Shown: one piece after another, positions 57,201 through 64,000 of the stretch
Layout of the letters: each line of letters starts with the position of its first letter
How positions within the stretch are numbered: position 1 is the first letter of the stretch
IMG/VR virus record: IMGVR_UViG_3300042402_002237
Length of the DNA stretch: 64,000 bases
Reading direction: 5' to 3' (one strand)
Origin: an uncultured virus (IMG/VR IMGVR_UViG_3300042402_002237)
Taxonomy: Duplodnaviria; Heunggongvirae; Uroviricota; Caudoviricetes
Position numbers and translations under genes: made by a program
Notes under the pieces: generated by a model
The model's input: only the letters and a program-made list of their open reading frames with translations
What the model was told of the DNA's origin: nothing
Databases searched by the model: none

Positions 57201-57257
57201 TGCACCAAAATGGTGCACAAATTCACCGCCTTGGTGCGTCTGCACCAACATGGTGCA
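57201..57257. promoter_or_regulatory. three NtrC-box-like sites
   Basis: TGCACCAAAATGGTGCA, TTCACCGCCTTGGTGCG, TGCACCAACATGGTGCA. Confidence 0.65.
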
Positions 57258-57270
57258 CAGCTCGAGCGCT

Positions 57271-57428
57271 TCGATGTTAGTGAGCGCTCACTAACATCGA
57301 GGCACCGCGCCCCCCTGCCAAGTAGCGCATTGGTTAGTGAGTACTAACTAACATGGCCGAGCGCCCACTCTGTCCCCATTATCAGCACTCGATGTGCCTG
57401 AGTGCTAAGTTAGTAAGTGCTAACTAAC
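57271..57428. repeat. three GTTAGTRAG|..CT.ACTAAC palindromes
   Basis: Perfect 30-bp palindrome 57271-57300; related copies at 57333-57352 and 57409-57428. Confidence 0.75.
57382..57408. promoter_or_regulatory. CIRCE element (HrcA operator)
   Basis: TCAGCACTC-N9-GAGTGCTAA; 17/18 match to TTAGCACTC-N9-GAGTGCTAA. Confidence 0.75.
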
Positions 57429-57517
57429 ATGGCGCCCTGTTAGGGTAAATACCTATTGACGGATTGGACGCGTTTTAAGGGGGCTAGGAGGCGCGCAGGG
57501 CAGAGATGATGGTTAGG

Positions 57518-57530
57518 TATCAACTCATTG
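57518..57530 (+). promoter_or_regulatory. IHF-site consensus match
   Basis: TATCAA-CTCA-TTG fits WATCAANNNNTTR. Confidence 0.5.
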
Positions 57531-57628
57531 ACGATCGTTGAGCCATCGAGCTGGGGTGCCACCACAAAGGCTTTGCGGGCGCGAGGGCGGATAGGTGGGG
57601 TGGGCGAGTGATCAGGTAATTTGAGTTA

Positions 57629-57653
57629 CCACAATATCCCACAATCCCCCACA
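57629..57653 (-). promoter_or_regulatory. MraZ-box-like triple repeat
   Basis: TGTGG-N5-TGTGG-N5-TGTGG (10-bp period). Confidence 0.55.
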
Positions 57654-57679
57654 GTTTAGTCAGGTATTTTATTTAGTTG

Positions 57680-57709
57680 TTTACATTTAATTCCAAAGGT
57701 CTGTACAAT
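57680..57709 (+). promoter_or_regulatory. host sigma70-type early promoter
   Basis: TTTACA-N18-TACAAT with AT-rich upstream region. Confidence 0.6.
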
Positions 57710-57893
57710 AGAGGGTATCGGAAGTGCAGTGGCTAATCCACTCAAACGCAAACCCAACCGCGATCTATAAGGGGGAGCCGGCAGAACCGGTGCTGTTATC
57801 CAACACAGCGTATGCTAACAGATAGTAATGCTCAGAGCGCATTGTAACCAGTGCGCTCGAGGCAGTACTAACCAAACAACAGGAGATTACACC

Positions 57894-58145
57894 ATGGCAA
57901 AATTCACAGTCGTTAAGTTAATCGATGAGAAAAAAGTAGTACCTGCAAGATTGTTACCTGAGCAGTGTGGTGGCAACATGACATGGCAGATTGATGACAA
58001 AGACGTATTGGAGTACAACCCCAAGACTAAACAGTTTAGCCTTGAGGTTTATGAGTTCCAAAATGATGACTACGAGCTAGTCAACACCTTGGGGCACGAT
58101 GACGCGTATCAGATAGCATTAGATGAGGGTATCTGCTACGAGTAA
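57894..58145 (+). CDS. early hypothetical protein
   Basis: CAGGAG RBS before ATG 57894. Confidence 0.7.
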   Translation: MAKFTVVKLIDEKKVVPARLLPEQCGGNMTWQIDDKDVLEYNPKTKQFSLEVYEFQNDDYELVNTLGHDDAYQIALDEGICYE

Positions 58146-58147
58146 CA

Positions 58148-58199
58148 GGTCGAAACAGCCTAACGGCTGTCTGCACGTTAGGCGTGCACTGATGAGACC
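58148..58199 (+). ncRNA. type II hammerhead ribozyme
   Basis: GGTC-GAAA-CAGCC-TAAC-GGCTG-TC^-TGCACG-TTAGG-CGTGCA-CTGATGA-GACC. Confidence 0.92.
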
Positions 58200-58220
58200 A
58201 CACACAACACAGGAGAGCCT

Positions 58221-58619
58221 ATGAACTTTCAATACATCTGCAATAACCCACGCACATTTGACTTAGAGATCAACGATTGCGTGGTTCGGGCGCTATCGCT
58301 CGCATTCAATCGGGCGTACCCCGAGGTGCACGAGGTATGTGCCAAGGCAGGGCGCAAGCCACGCCGTGGCATGATGCGTGCCCAAACCGACAAGGCGATC
58401 CAAGTACTGAGCGCCAACAAAGACGCCAAGCTCGAGCGATACAGTCGGGGCAACCGGTGCACACTGGCAACCTTTGCCAAGCACAACCCCAAGGGTAACT
58501 TTATCGTGATCAAGAGGGGACACGCCGTGGCGCTGATCGATGGCGTGTACCACGATAACAGCAACACCGAGACAGGCCTGCCACGCTCGATCGTGCAGGC
58601 GTGTTTTAGGACTAAGTAA
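58221..58619 (+). CDS. early hypothetical protein (DCVVRAL...H......G..D motif)
   Basis: CAGGAG RBS; Cys/His/Asp pattern suggests a papain-like fold. Confidence 0.7.
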   Translation: MNFQYICNNPRTFDLEINDCVVRALSLAFNRAYPEVHEVCAKAGRKPRRGMMRAQTDKAIQVLSANKDAKLERYSRGNRCTLATFAKHNPKGNFIVIKRGHAVALIDGVYHDNSNTETGLPRSIVQACFRTK

Positions 58620-58621
58620 CA

Positions 58622-58671
58622 GGTCGAAACGCCGTGAGGCGTATGCACGTTAGGCGTGCACTGACGAGACC
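58622..58671 (+). ncRNA. type II hammerhead ribozyme
   Basis: GGTC-GAAA-CGCC-GTGA-GGCG-TA^-TGCACG-TTAGG-CGTGCA-CTGACGA-GACC. Confidence 0.92.
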
Positions 58672-58691
58672 AAACAACGGAGAGTAATAAC

Positions 58692-59072
58692 ATGGCATAC
58701 ATGAACCAAGACAAAAAGGCAGTAATCAAGGCAAACCTAGACAAGGCGCTCAAACCACTGGGCATTAAGTTTAGCCTGCGTGTAAGTAATCACATGGCGA
58801 TTACTTGCACAATCAAGAGCGCGCCATTTAATATGCTCGCAGATCGTAAGCAAGCGCTGAGCGCATTCCAACAGGATCATGCGCAGGTCAACCCATACTG
58901 GTTCCAAGACCATTACGTGGGCAAAACACGTGACGTACTGGCTAAGGTCATGGAGGCAATGCAAAGCGCCGGATACTACGATCGCAGTGACGCCATGGTG
59001 GACTACTTCGACACGGCGTACTACTACCATGTCAACATCGGCGACTACGACAAACCATTTCAGGTAAAATAA
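58692..59072 (+). CDS. early protein, LPD29-like
   Basis: K.S.R N-part and YDRSDAMVDYFD motif. Confidence 0.6.
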   Translation: MAYMNQDKKAVIKANLDKALKPLGIKFSLRVSNHMAITCTIKSAPFNMLADRKQALSAFQQDHAQVNPYWFQDHYVGKTRDVLAKVMEAMQSAGYYDRSDAMVDYFDTAYYYHVNIGDYDKPFQVK

Positions 59073-59134
59073 AATCAGTGGCTCGATCTATGAGCCACTG
59101 ACACAGTACAATGATGACATCAACAGGAGATAAT

Positions 59135-59353
59135 ATGAGCTACAATACAGACTGCGCTGAGATTTGGAACCCAACGGGCGCGATTAATTTTGAGGTGCGC
59201 ATGGATCCACTGGGCGCCGGTAAGTACGACGTGTGGGCAGTGCAAGGCGGTTATGCACGCAAGGTCACATCAAACTGGTTTGCCGATCGTAAAGATGCAG
59301 AGGCATTATTTTTATCTAAAGATTATTCTCAATGGATGGAGGAACTACAATGA
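59135..59353 (+). CDS. early hypothetical protein
   Basis: CAGGAG RBS. Confidence 0.65.
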   Translation: MSYNTDCAEIWNPTGAINFEVRMDPLGAGKYDVWAVQGGYARKVTSNWFADRKDAEALFLSKDYSQWMEELQ

Positions 59354-59604
59354 AAGCACTACAAAACTATGTAAAGCAGGCCAATGACTGGAATGCGATC
59401 TTTAATCGTGGTCAGTACGACCTAGCCAATGAGCGCGATCGTCAGCGCCTAGCACGTCGCATTGACAGCGAGCTGAGCCCCGAGAACCTAACCATGGACG
59501 GCGAGCTCTCACGCACCGAGGTCAATCGCAGGTATAATAATTTAATCCGAGTCGCCGAGCAGTTACAGGCACTCGACCCATCAATTCAATTTTCGGAGGT
59601 GTAA
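59350..59604 (+). CDS. early hypothetical protein (LSPENL..DGE family)
   Basis: GGAGG RBS; conserved phage motif. Confidence 0.7.
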   Translation: MKALQNYVKQANDWNAIFNRGQYDLANERDRQRLARRIDSELSPENLTMDGELSRTEVNRRYNNLIRVAEQLQALDPSIQFSEV

Positions 59605-59605
59605 T

Positions 59606-59872
59606 ATGGCAAACCTACAATTTGGCGTGCGTGAGCTAGCAAAGAAGTTCTACCACGACTATCAGGAAGAGCTCTTCAACACGATCAATGACATCGGAGA
59701 CCCGATGCGTGCGCTGAGATTTTTGCAGGGCGTAGCACGCTCTAATCAGTCGTCATGGTCGGGTGGCTTTAGCGCCACCAACATGGAAGAGCAGATCAAG
59801 CGTGAGCTAGCCATCGACATGATGGAGTATGTAATAAATAAGATGGAGTACTCAACAAAGGAGGTAGTATGA
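59606..59872 (+). CDS. early hypothetical protein
   Basis: GGAGGT RBS. Confidence 0.65.
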   Translation: MANLQFGVRELAKKFYHDYQEELFNTINDIGDPMRALRFLQGVARSNQSSWSGGFSATNMEEQIKRELAIDMMEYVINKMEYSTKEVV

Positions 59873-60189
59873 CAGCGACTACATTCCCCGAGTGGGAGCA
59901 GGAACTAGATGCGTGGGAGGCTAAGTATCGCCCGATTAAAAATCGTTTTAATGGCGAAGAGTTATTTCCTGACGATAAGTTCGAGACCTACGGCGCAGAG
60001 CTCGAGTTCGTCCGTGCGCAGGATCCACGCAATATTTGGACACTGGTCGACGGCGACGACGGCAACCTGTATATAGTAAGTGGGTACCACTTGGTTAACA
60101 GGATCAATTACTTTGTGACCGAGGTACCATACGAGGGCGACGGCATGGACGTGCCGTACTACATATTTGACGAAGAGGAGACAGAATGA
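59869..60189 (+). CDS. early hypothetical protein (FETYG...IWT..DGD...G.H.VNRI.Y family)
   Basis: AAGGAGGT RBS; conserved motif. Confidence 0.7.
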   Translation: MTATTFPEWEQELDAWEAKYRPIKNRFNGEELFPDDKFETYGAELEFVRAQDPRNIWTLVDGDDGNLYIVSGYHLVNRINYFVTEVPYEGDGMDVPYYIFDEEETE

Positions 60190-60371
60190 TGAGCTACGAT
60201 GCAGATTTTGAGAAGGTTTACATGGTCGAGTTCGAGTCGGGCAGGACCATCCACGTGCAGTTCTTTGACGTTGAAGACGTAAAGGAGTACTGCGCACAGA
60301 ACCACGGCGGTATCGCCATTAAATCAATCTACCAAGAGGTTTACTGTAACTTTGAAGAGGAGACAGAATGA
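60186..60371 (+). CDS. early hypothetical protein
   Basis: Coupled ORF. Confidence 0.65.
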   Translation: MMSYDADFEKVYMVEFESGRTIHVQFFDVEDVKEYCAQNHGGIAIKSIYQEVYCNFEEETE

Positions 60372-60514
60372 AAGTTGTCAGCCACGAATTATTAATCCAC
60401 TGGAGCGACGGGACTAGCGAAGTTCGCACAGATTTTCCGTACATTGAGTACATTGATGAGTATTTACAGGAACTAGAAAATGAATACGTTAAAGATGAGG
60501 AGGAGACAGAATGA
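60368..60514 (+). CDS. early hypothetical protein (48 aa)
   Basis: Read by hand; bounded by the same junction repeat. Confidence 0.65.
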   Translation: MKVVSHELLIHWSDGTSEVRTDFPYIEYIDEYLQELENEYVKDEEETE

Positions 60515-60738
60515 CTGAATTAAGATCACTGATTAGCGCCACGATTAAAGAGCGCTACGAGCCCGAGTATCAACCCAGTATCACGGACGCACAGGCGCTA
60601 GGCGCCATGATATCGAGCCATTTTATGTGGGATGGCGTTCAGATATTAGATGCGTTACAATACGCACTGGAAGACGCCAATTTTCACAGTGTCAACGAAC
60701 AGATCAACGCCATTAGAAAGAAGGAAGACCTACTATGA
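60511..60738 (+). CDS. early hypothetical protein
   Basis: Coupled ORF (ALEDANFH). Confidence 0.65.
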   Translation: MTELRSLISATIKERYEPEYQPSITDAQALGAMISSHFMWDGVQILDALQYALEDANFHSVNEQINAIRKKEDLL

Positions 60739-61004
60739 CACGCAAGCACAGACTAGCATATAACGCACTCAGGAAGATCAACGCACCCGTATACGAGCGT
60801 GTTGATATCAAAAACTTTCAGATCAGCGCCGAGCATAATTTCGACACGAAGTACGGCAACACGCTATGGGCAGATTATTATGACGGGCACACGATCGGAT
60901 CAGATTGGGAGTTTGGTGTCAACCCACTGATCACCGAGACGTTAAACAAGTACGGGCTCTACGCCGAATGGATCAACGCAGGTGAACTGGGAGTATACGA
61001 ATGA
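60735..61004 (+). CDS. early hypothetical protein
   Basis: Coupled ORF. Confidence 0.65.
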   Translation: MTRKHRLAYNALRKINAPVYERVDIKNFQISAEHNFDTKYGNTLWADYYDGHTIGSDWEFGVNPLITETLNKYGLYAEWINAGELGVYE

Positions 61005-61237
61005 ACCGACTAATTAAGGCAGTGGAGATTTTGAAGGATCGTTATAAGCACGAGATCTATAAAAGCGGTGACTGGTCTTACAATCTGTGGTCGTGGACTG
61101 TTACCATTGCAATAAACGAAGAGGACGACAGCAGTTACGACGTCGTGGCGTATCGTGCCAAGGGTAACGTGACGGACTGGTCGGACTGTGTAGTGTTACC
61201 ATCATATCCAGTACAATGGGAGTTAACTTATGAGTAA
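61001..61237 (+). CDS. early hypothetical protein
   Basis: Coupled ORF. Confidence 0.6.
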   Translation: MNRLIKAVEILKDRYKHEIYKSGDWSYNLWSWTVTIAINEEDDSSYDVVAYRAKGNVTDWSDCVVLPSYPVQWELTYE

Positions 61238-61412
61238 GTATATTGTGACGTACGTACGTGAGTCGTATTACTCGACTGTGATTGACGCCGAGGACATTGA
61301 CGAGGCACGTAAAAAAGCGTGGAGTGTAAACCTCTTAGACTTGGAGCACGACTACGACAGTGGTGTGTTTAAAATTAACAACGTGGTACCACAAATAGGG
61401 ATAACAAAATGA
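61230..61412 (+). CDS. early hypothetical protein
   Basis: GGAG RBS. Confidence 0.6.
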   Translation: MSKYIVTYVRESYYSTVIDAEDIDEARKKAWSVNLLDLEHDYDSGVFKINNVVPQIGITK

Positions 61413-61717
61413 CATTCACATTAGAAGACGTAAACAATATCGAGTTTAACGAAGAGATCAGCGAGGCAGACTACTACGCCTCCATACAGCGAGCAATCAA
61501 CGGCGGTATGTGGTCATTACAAGGATCGTATGGTCGTACCATGATGGAGGCAATCGAGGCAGGCAAGTGCCTGCTAGGTCTTAAAGGCGCCAGTGACTAC
61601 TGGGGCAACACCATCCCGTCACGCCTCCAAGTACAGGACGGCACCAAGGGATCGTGGGAGTACGTAAAGCAACACAACGGCGTAGTATGGGCAAACAAAA
61701 TGGCAGGAGTGAAATAA
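61409..61717 (+). CDS. early hypothetical protein (W.LQGSYGR family)
   Basis: Conserved phage motif. Confidence 0.7.
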   Translation: MTFTLEDVNNIEFNEEISEADYYASIQRAINGGMWSLQGSYGRTMMEAIEAGKCLLGLKGASDYWGNTIPSRLQVQDGTKGSWEYVKQHNGVVWANKMAGVK

Positions 61718-61846
61718 CATGAGCCAAAAACAATTTATCAAGTTGTTGATTGAGGTTAGTGAGCGCCTCGCAGACGAGTCGGACTACGAGGATTATCTTT
61801 TACCACAGCTACAAAACGCCGTGGATTACTTGGAGGAGCTACAATA

Positions 61847-62053
61847 ATGGCATTCTATTACTTTGGCGACATGGAGTTCGGGGACTTTGTGAAGGGCGAC
61901 GACCACTACCCAGTGGCGCTGATCCACGCAGTACGTGACACACGGGAGTTTGCCACGGAGGAAGAGGCAGACGACTACATGGTCGAGCAGGGGTTTGGTG
62001 GGTATGTAAACGCCGACTCCAAGAACATTGAGATATACTTTGCAAAGAAATAA
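61847..62053 (+). CDS. early hypothetical protein
   Basis: GGAGGAG RBS. Confidence 0.65.
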   Translation: MAFYYFGDMEFGDFVKGDDHYPVALIHAVRDTREFATEEEADDYMVEQGFGGYVNADSKNIEIYFAKK

Positions 62054-62068
62054 AAAGGTCTGTATAAT
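62040..62068 (+). promoter_or_regulatory. host sigma70-type promoter
   Basis: TTGCAA-N17-TATAAT; shares AAAGGTCTG-TAYAATA with the promoter at 57680. Confidence 0.7.
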
Positions 62069-62089
62069 ATTACTTTTAACGGAGGAATT

Positions 62090-62398
62090 ATGAACACAAT
62101 CAACGTACCATCATTTAACGAAGTACCTGCATTCACCGACGACTTGGTCGACCAGTTGGGCGCAGTCAAGCAGGCAATCGACGAGCTCGAGGCAACAGCA
62201 CGCAAGTTTAAGGCAGAGCTCATCAAGCGTGGCGTAGGCACCTACGAGGGCTCCAAGTTCTTTGCCGAGGTGCAACACTACGATCGTGCCACGATCAGCC
62301 CTACACTGGTGCGCAAGCTCAGCAACGAAGACTTCGTCAAGCAGGTCACCGAGGTCAAGGCAGTTGACGCCGTAGTAGTCAAGGCACTGGGGGTGTAG
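62090..62398 (+). CDS. hypothetical protein
   Basis: GGAGG RBS. Confidence 0.7.
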   Translation: MNTINVPSFNEVPAFTDDLVDQLGAVKQAIDELEATARKFKAELIKRGVGTYEGSKFFAEVQHYDRATISPTLVRKLSNEDFVKQVTEVKAVDAVVVKALGV

Positions 62399-62399
62399 T

Positions 62400-62597
62400 A
62401 TGAAGATCGGCGACGTGCTACACAACGGCGCCACTGTGCTCCAGTTTAGCGACAACGCTATACTGGCGACGTGGCGCAGTAAGGTGACGCCATTCGTAAC
62501 GTGGCGCTACTTTGAGGGCGACCCTAGGTCAACGTCATGGGGTCACTACTTTAGCAACCTTGAGGATGCGGTTAAAGACTATGAGGAAAGAAAATGA
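62400..62597 (+). CDS. hypothetical protein (FVTW...WGHYF...A..DY..R family)
   Basis: Conserved motif. Confidence 0.7.
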   Translation: MKIGDVLHNGATVLQFSDNAILATWRSKVTPFVTWRYFEGDPRSTSWGHYFSNLEDAVKDYEERK

Positions 62598-62751
62598 GTA
62601 ACTACAAATTCGTCCTGATTGACGAGTTTGGCGGGGCTGTACGCAAGTTTGCGAGTAAGTTGGAGGCTACCCCCTACCTTACCAACGGAACACGCCTAGA
62701 GCCCCTGCCAAAGGCGCCAAAAACGAATCTATATCAACAGGCACTATTACT

Positions 62752-62940
62752 TTGTGGAGAGGCACCATTTTGAAAATCATCGGCGCATTTATTGTAATGA
62801 TCACTGGGTTTTGGTTTGCCCAAGGGATGTTTGATCTGTATACGATCTTGTGGTTTGTATTTGGGCTAGCAATGCTCATACCAACAGAAGTTTATAAAAC
62901 ATTATGGGAGCTATATGAAAGAAAACGACATTCTAAGTGA
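62752..62940 (+). CDS. small membrane protein (start may be TTG 62770)
   Basis: Two hydrophobic segments. Confidence 0.5.
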   Translation: MWRGTILKIIGAFIVMITGFWFAQGMFDLYTILWFVFGLAMLIPTEVYKTLWELYERKRHSK

Positions 62941-63487
62941 CTACCTCAAGTCGCTGTACGGCATCGAGCCGTTGACAGTGGAGGAAGAGCACGAGCTCGC
63001 CAAGAGGATTCAAGCAGGCGACGAGGGTGCACTTGAGCAGTTGATCAAGCACAACCTGCGCTTTGTGGTCTACGTCGTCCGTAAGATGACGGCGTGGAAC
63101 CACGGCAAGGTGCCAGTGGAGGACATGGTCGCCATGGGTAACGAGGCATTGTTTACGGCGGGTCGTAGGTGGGTGCCTAAGAACAACGCACGCTTTGCCA
63201 CATACGCCAAGACGTTTATTGAGAAGGGCGTACGGCGTGACCTAGACAACACGGCAAACATCATACGCCTGCCAATCAATATCATGGAGCAGGTAAAGAA
63301 GTTAAACTATACCGAGCGCTCGCTATCCCAAGTACTGGGGCGTAAGCCCAAGACGCACGAGATCGCCACGCTCATGGGCGTCACAGAGAGCAAGGTGCAC
63401 CAGTTGCAGGGATACATCGCACGTGAGCCAGTATCGCTCGACCACATCAACCAAGAGAAGTTTACCGAGGAGCATTTAGATGATTGA
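62915..63487 (+). CDS. sigma70-family factor, regions 1.2-3 only (lacks region 4)
   Basis: L..EEE.ELA, LI.HNLRFVV, ED....GN..L..A, RFATYA...I, IRLP, LGR.P...EIA, PVSLD then stop. Confidence 0.88.
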   Translation: MKENDILSDYLKSLYGIEPLTVEEEHELAKRIQAGDEGALEQLIKHNLRFVVYVVRKMTAWNHGKVPVEDMVAMGNEALFTAGRRWVPKNNARFATYAKTFIEKGVRRDLDNTANIIRLPINIMEQVKKLNYTERSLSQVLGRKPKTHEIATLMGVTESKVHQLQGYIAREPVSLDHINQEKFTEEHLDD

Positions 63488-63827
63488 ACTAAACGAAGAA
63501 CAACAGAGGGCATACGCACGCTTTATCAAGGCACGTGACCGAGTGGGACTGGGCGCCGTAAAGCCAAACAAAAATTACAGTTGGGTGCCCCTATCCGACT
63601 ACTCATCGTGCGTGGACGTCGCGGGCATGAACCACCCACTATTTGTACAAAACGACGAGTGGCTCGAATACAAGGAGGCATTTGCCTCGTGGCTTGCAGT
63701 TGAGCCGGAGTTTAGAGACCGAGAGCGTATGCGCATGAGTCGGGGCGACTACGGCACGCAGGACAGTTGGGAAGAGCGTGGCAACAAGGTAACGGACATC
63801 GTTAACAAGATCAAGGAGGAAAAATGA
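63480..63827 (+). CDS. hypothetical protein
   Basis: GAGGAG RBS; overlap with the sigma gene. Confidence 0.65.
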   Translation: MIELNEEQQRAYARFIKARDRVGLGAVKPNKNYSWVPLSDYSSCVDVAGMNHPLFVQNDEWLEYKEAFASWLAVEPEFRDRERMRMSRGDYGTQDSWEERGNKVTDIVNKIKEEK

Positions 63828-64000
63828 GGGTGATACCAACCGACGTATTAGACAAGGACGGCAACCTAGAAAAGATCGAGTTTTATGACGAGCTCGGTGG
63901 ATTCCAATTTCAGGCCATGTGGGACCCAGTCGACGAGCAAAACGCAGACAACCGACGTGAATTTAGGGAGTGGGCCAATGGCATGGCCAAGCGCATGGAC
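63824..64000 (+). CDS. hypothetical protein (3' truncated by window edge)
   Basis: AGGAGG RBS and ATGA overlap; open to the window end. Confidence 0.55.
   Translation, partial: MRVIPTDVLDKDGNLEKIEFYDELGGFQFQAMWDPVDEQNADNRREFREWANGMAKRMD

Noticed and set aside
57180..57460. CRISPR array
   Set aside because: The repeats are short palindromes of several kinds with irregular spacing; no cas operon (DUF2800 is a standard phage nuclease).
57715..57830. Twister, pistol or c-di-GMP riboswitch in the early leader
   Set aside because: Only superficial fragments (CCCAA loop, GCAAAC); the conserved cores could not be assembled.
1..64000. Integrase, repressor or alternative genetic code
   Set aside because: No recombinase motifs seen; genes are tightly packed under the standard code and all three stops are used.

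Overview
The window is 64 kb of a tailed dsDNA bacteriophage genome, probably podovirus-like (no tail tube, sheath or tape measure seen), with a host inferred to be a proteobacterium. Layout: (1) + strand 1-16305 is the replication/middle module: D5-like primase-helicase C-terminus, VRR-NUC, HNH-like endonuclease, SNF2 helicase, ACP plus ketosynthase, DUF2800 nuclease, DUF2815 SSB, class II RNR and PolA. (2) - strand 16306-56819 is the morphogenesis module: terminase, portal, GroES, scaffold, major capsid, collagen fibre with glycosyltransferase, tail-fibre cassettes, lysis genes, adaptors/nozzle and internal/ejection proteins. (3) 56820-57890 is a ~1 kb non-coding divergence region. (4) + strand 57894-64000 carries small early genes and a sigma factor. 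The most notable observations: an 81-nt tmRNA tRNA-like domain with no mRNA domain (8872-8952); two type II hammerhead ribozymes flanking one early gene; a dense array of host transcription-factor operator-like sites (NtrC, HrcA/CIRCE, MraZ, IHF and others); a 13-copy phage promoter in two classes, matched by an apparently split sigma factor; internal proteins segmented by a recurring xxGG motif; and an ACP-ketosynthase pair. All calls come from reading motifs by eye; no searches were run.
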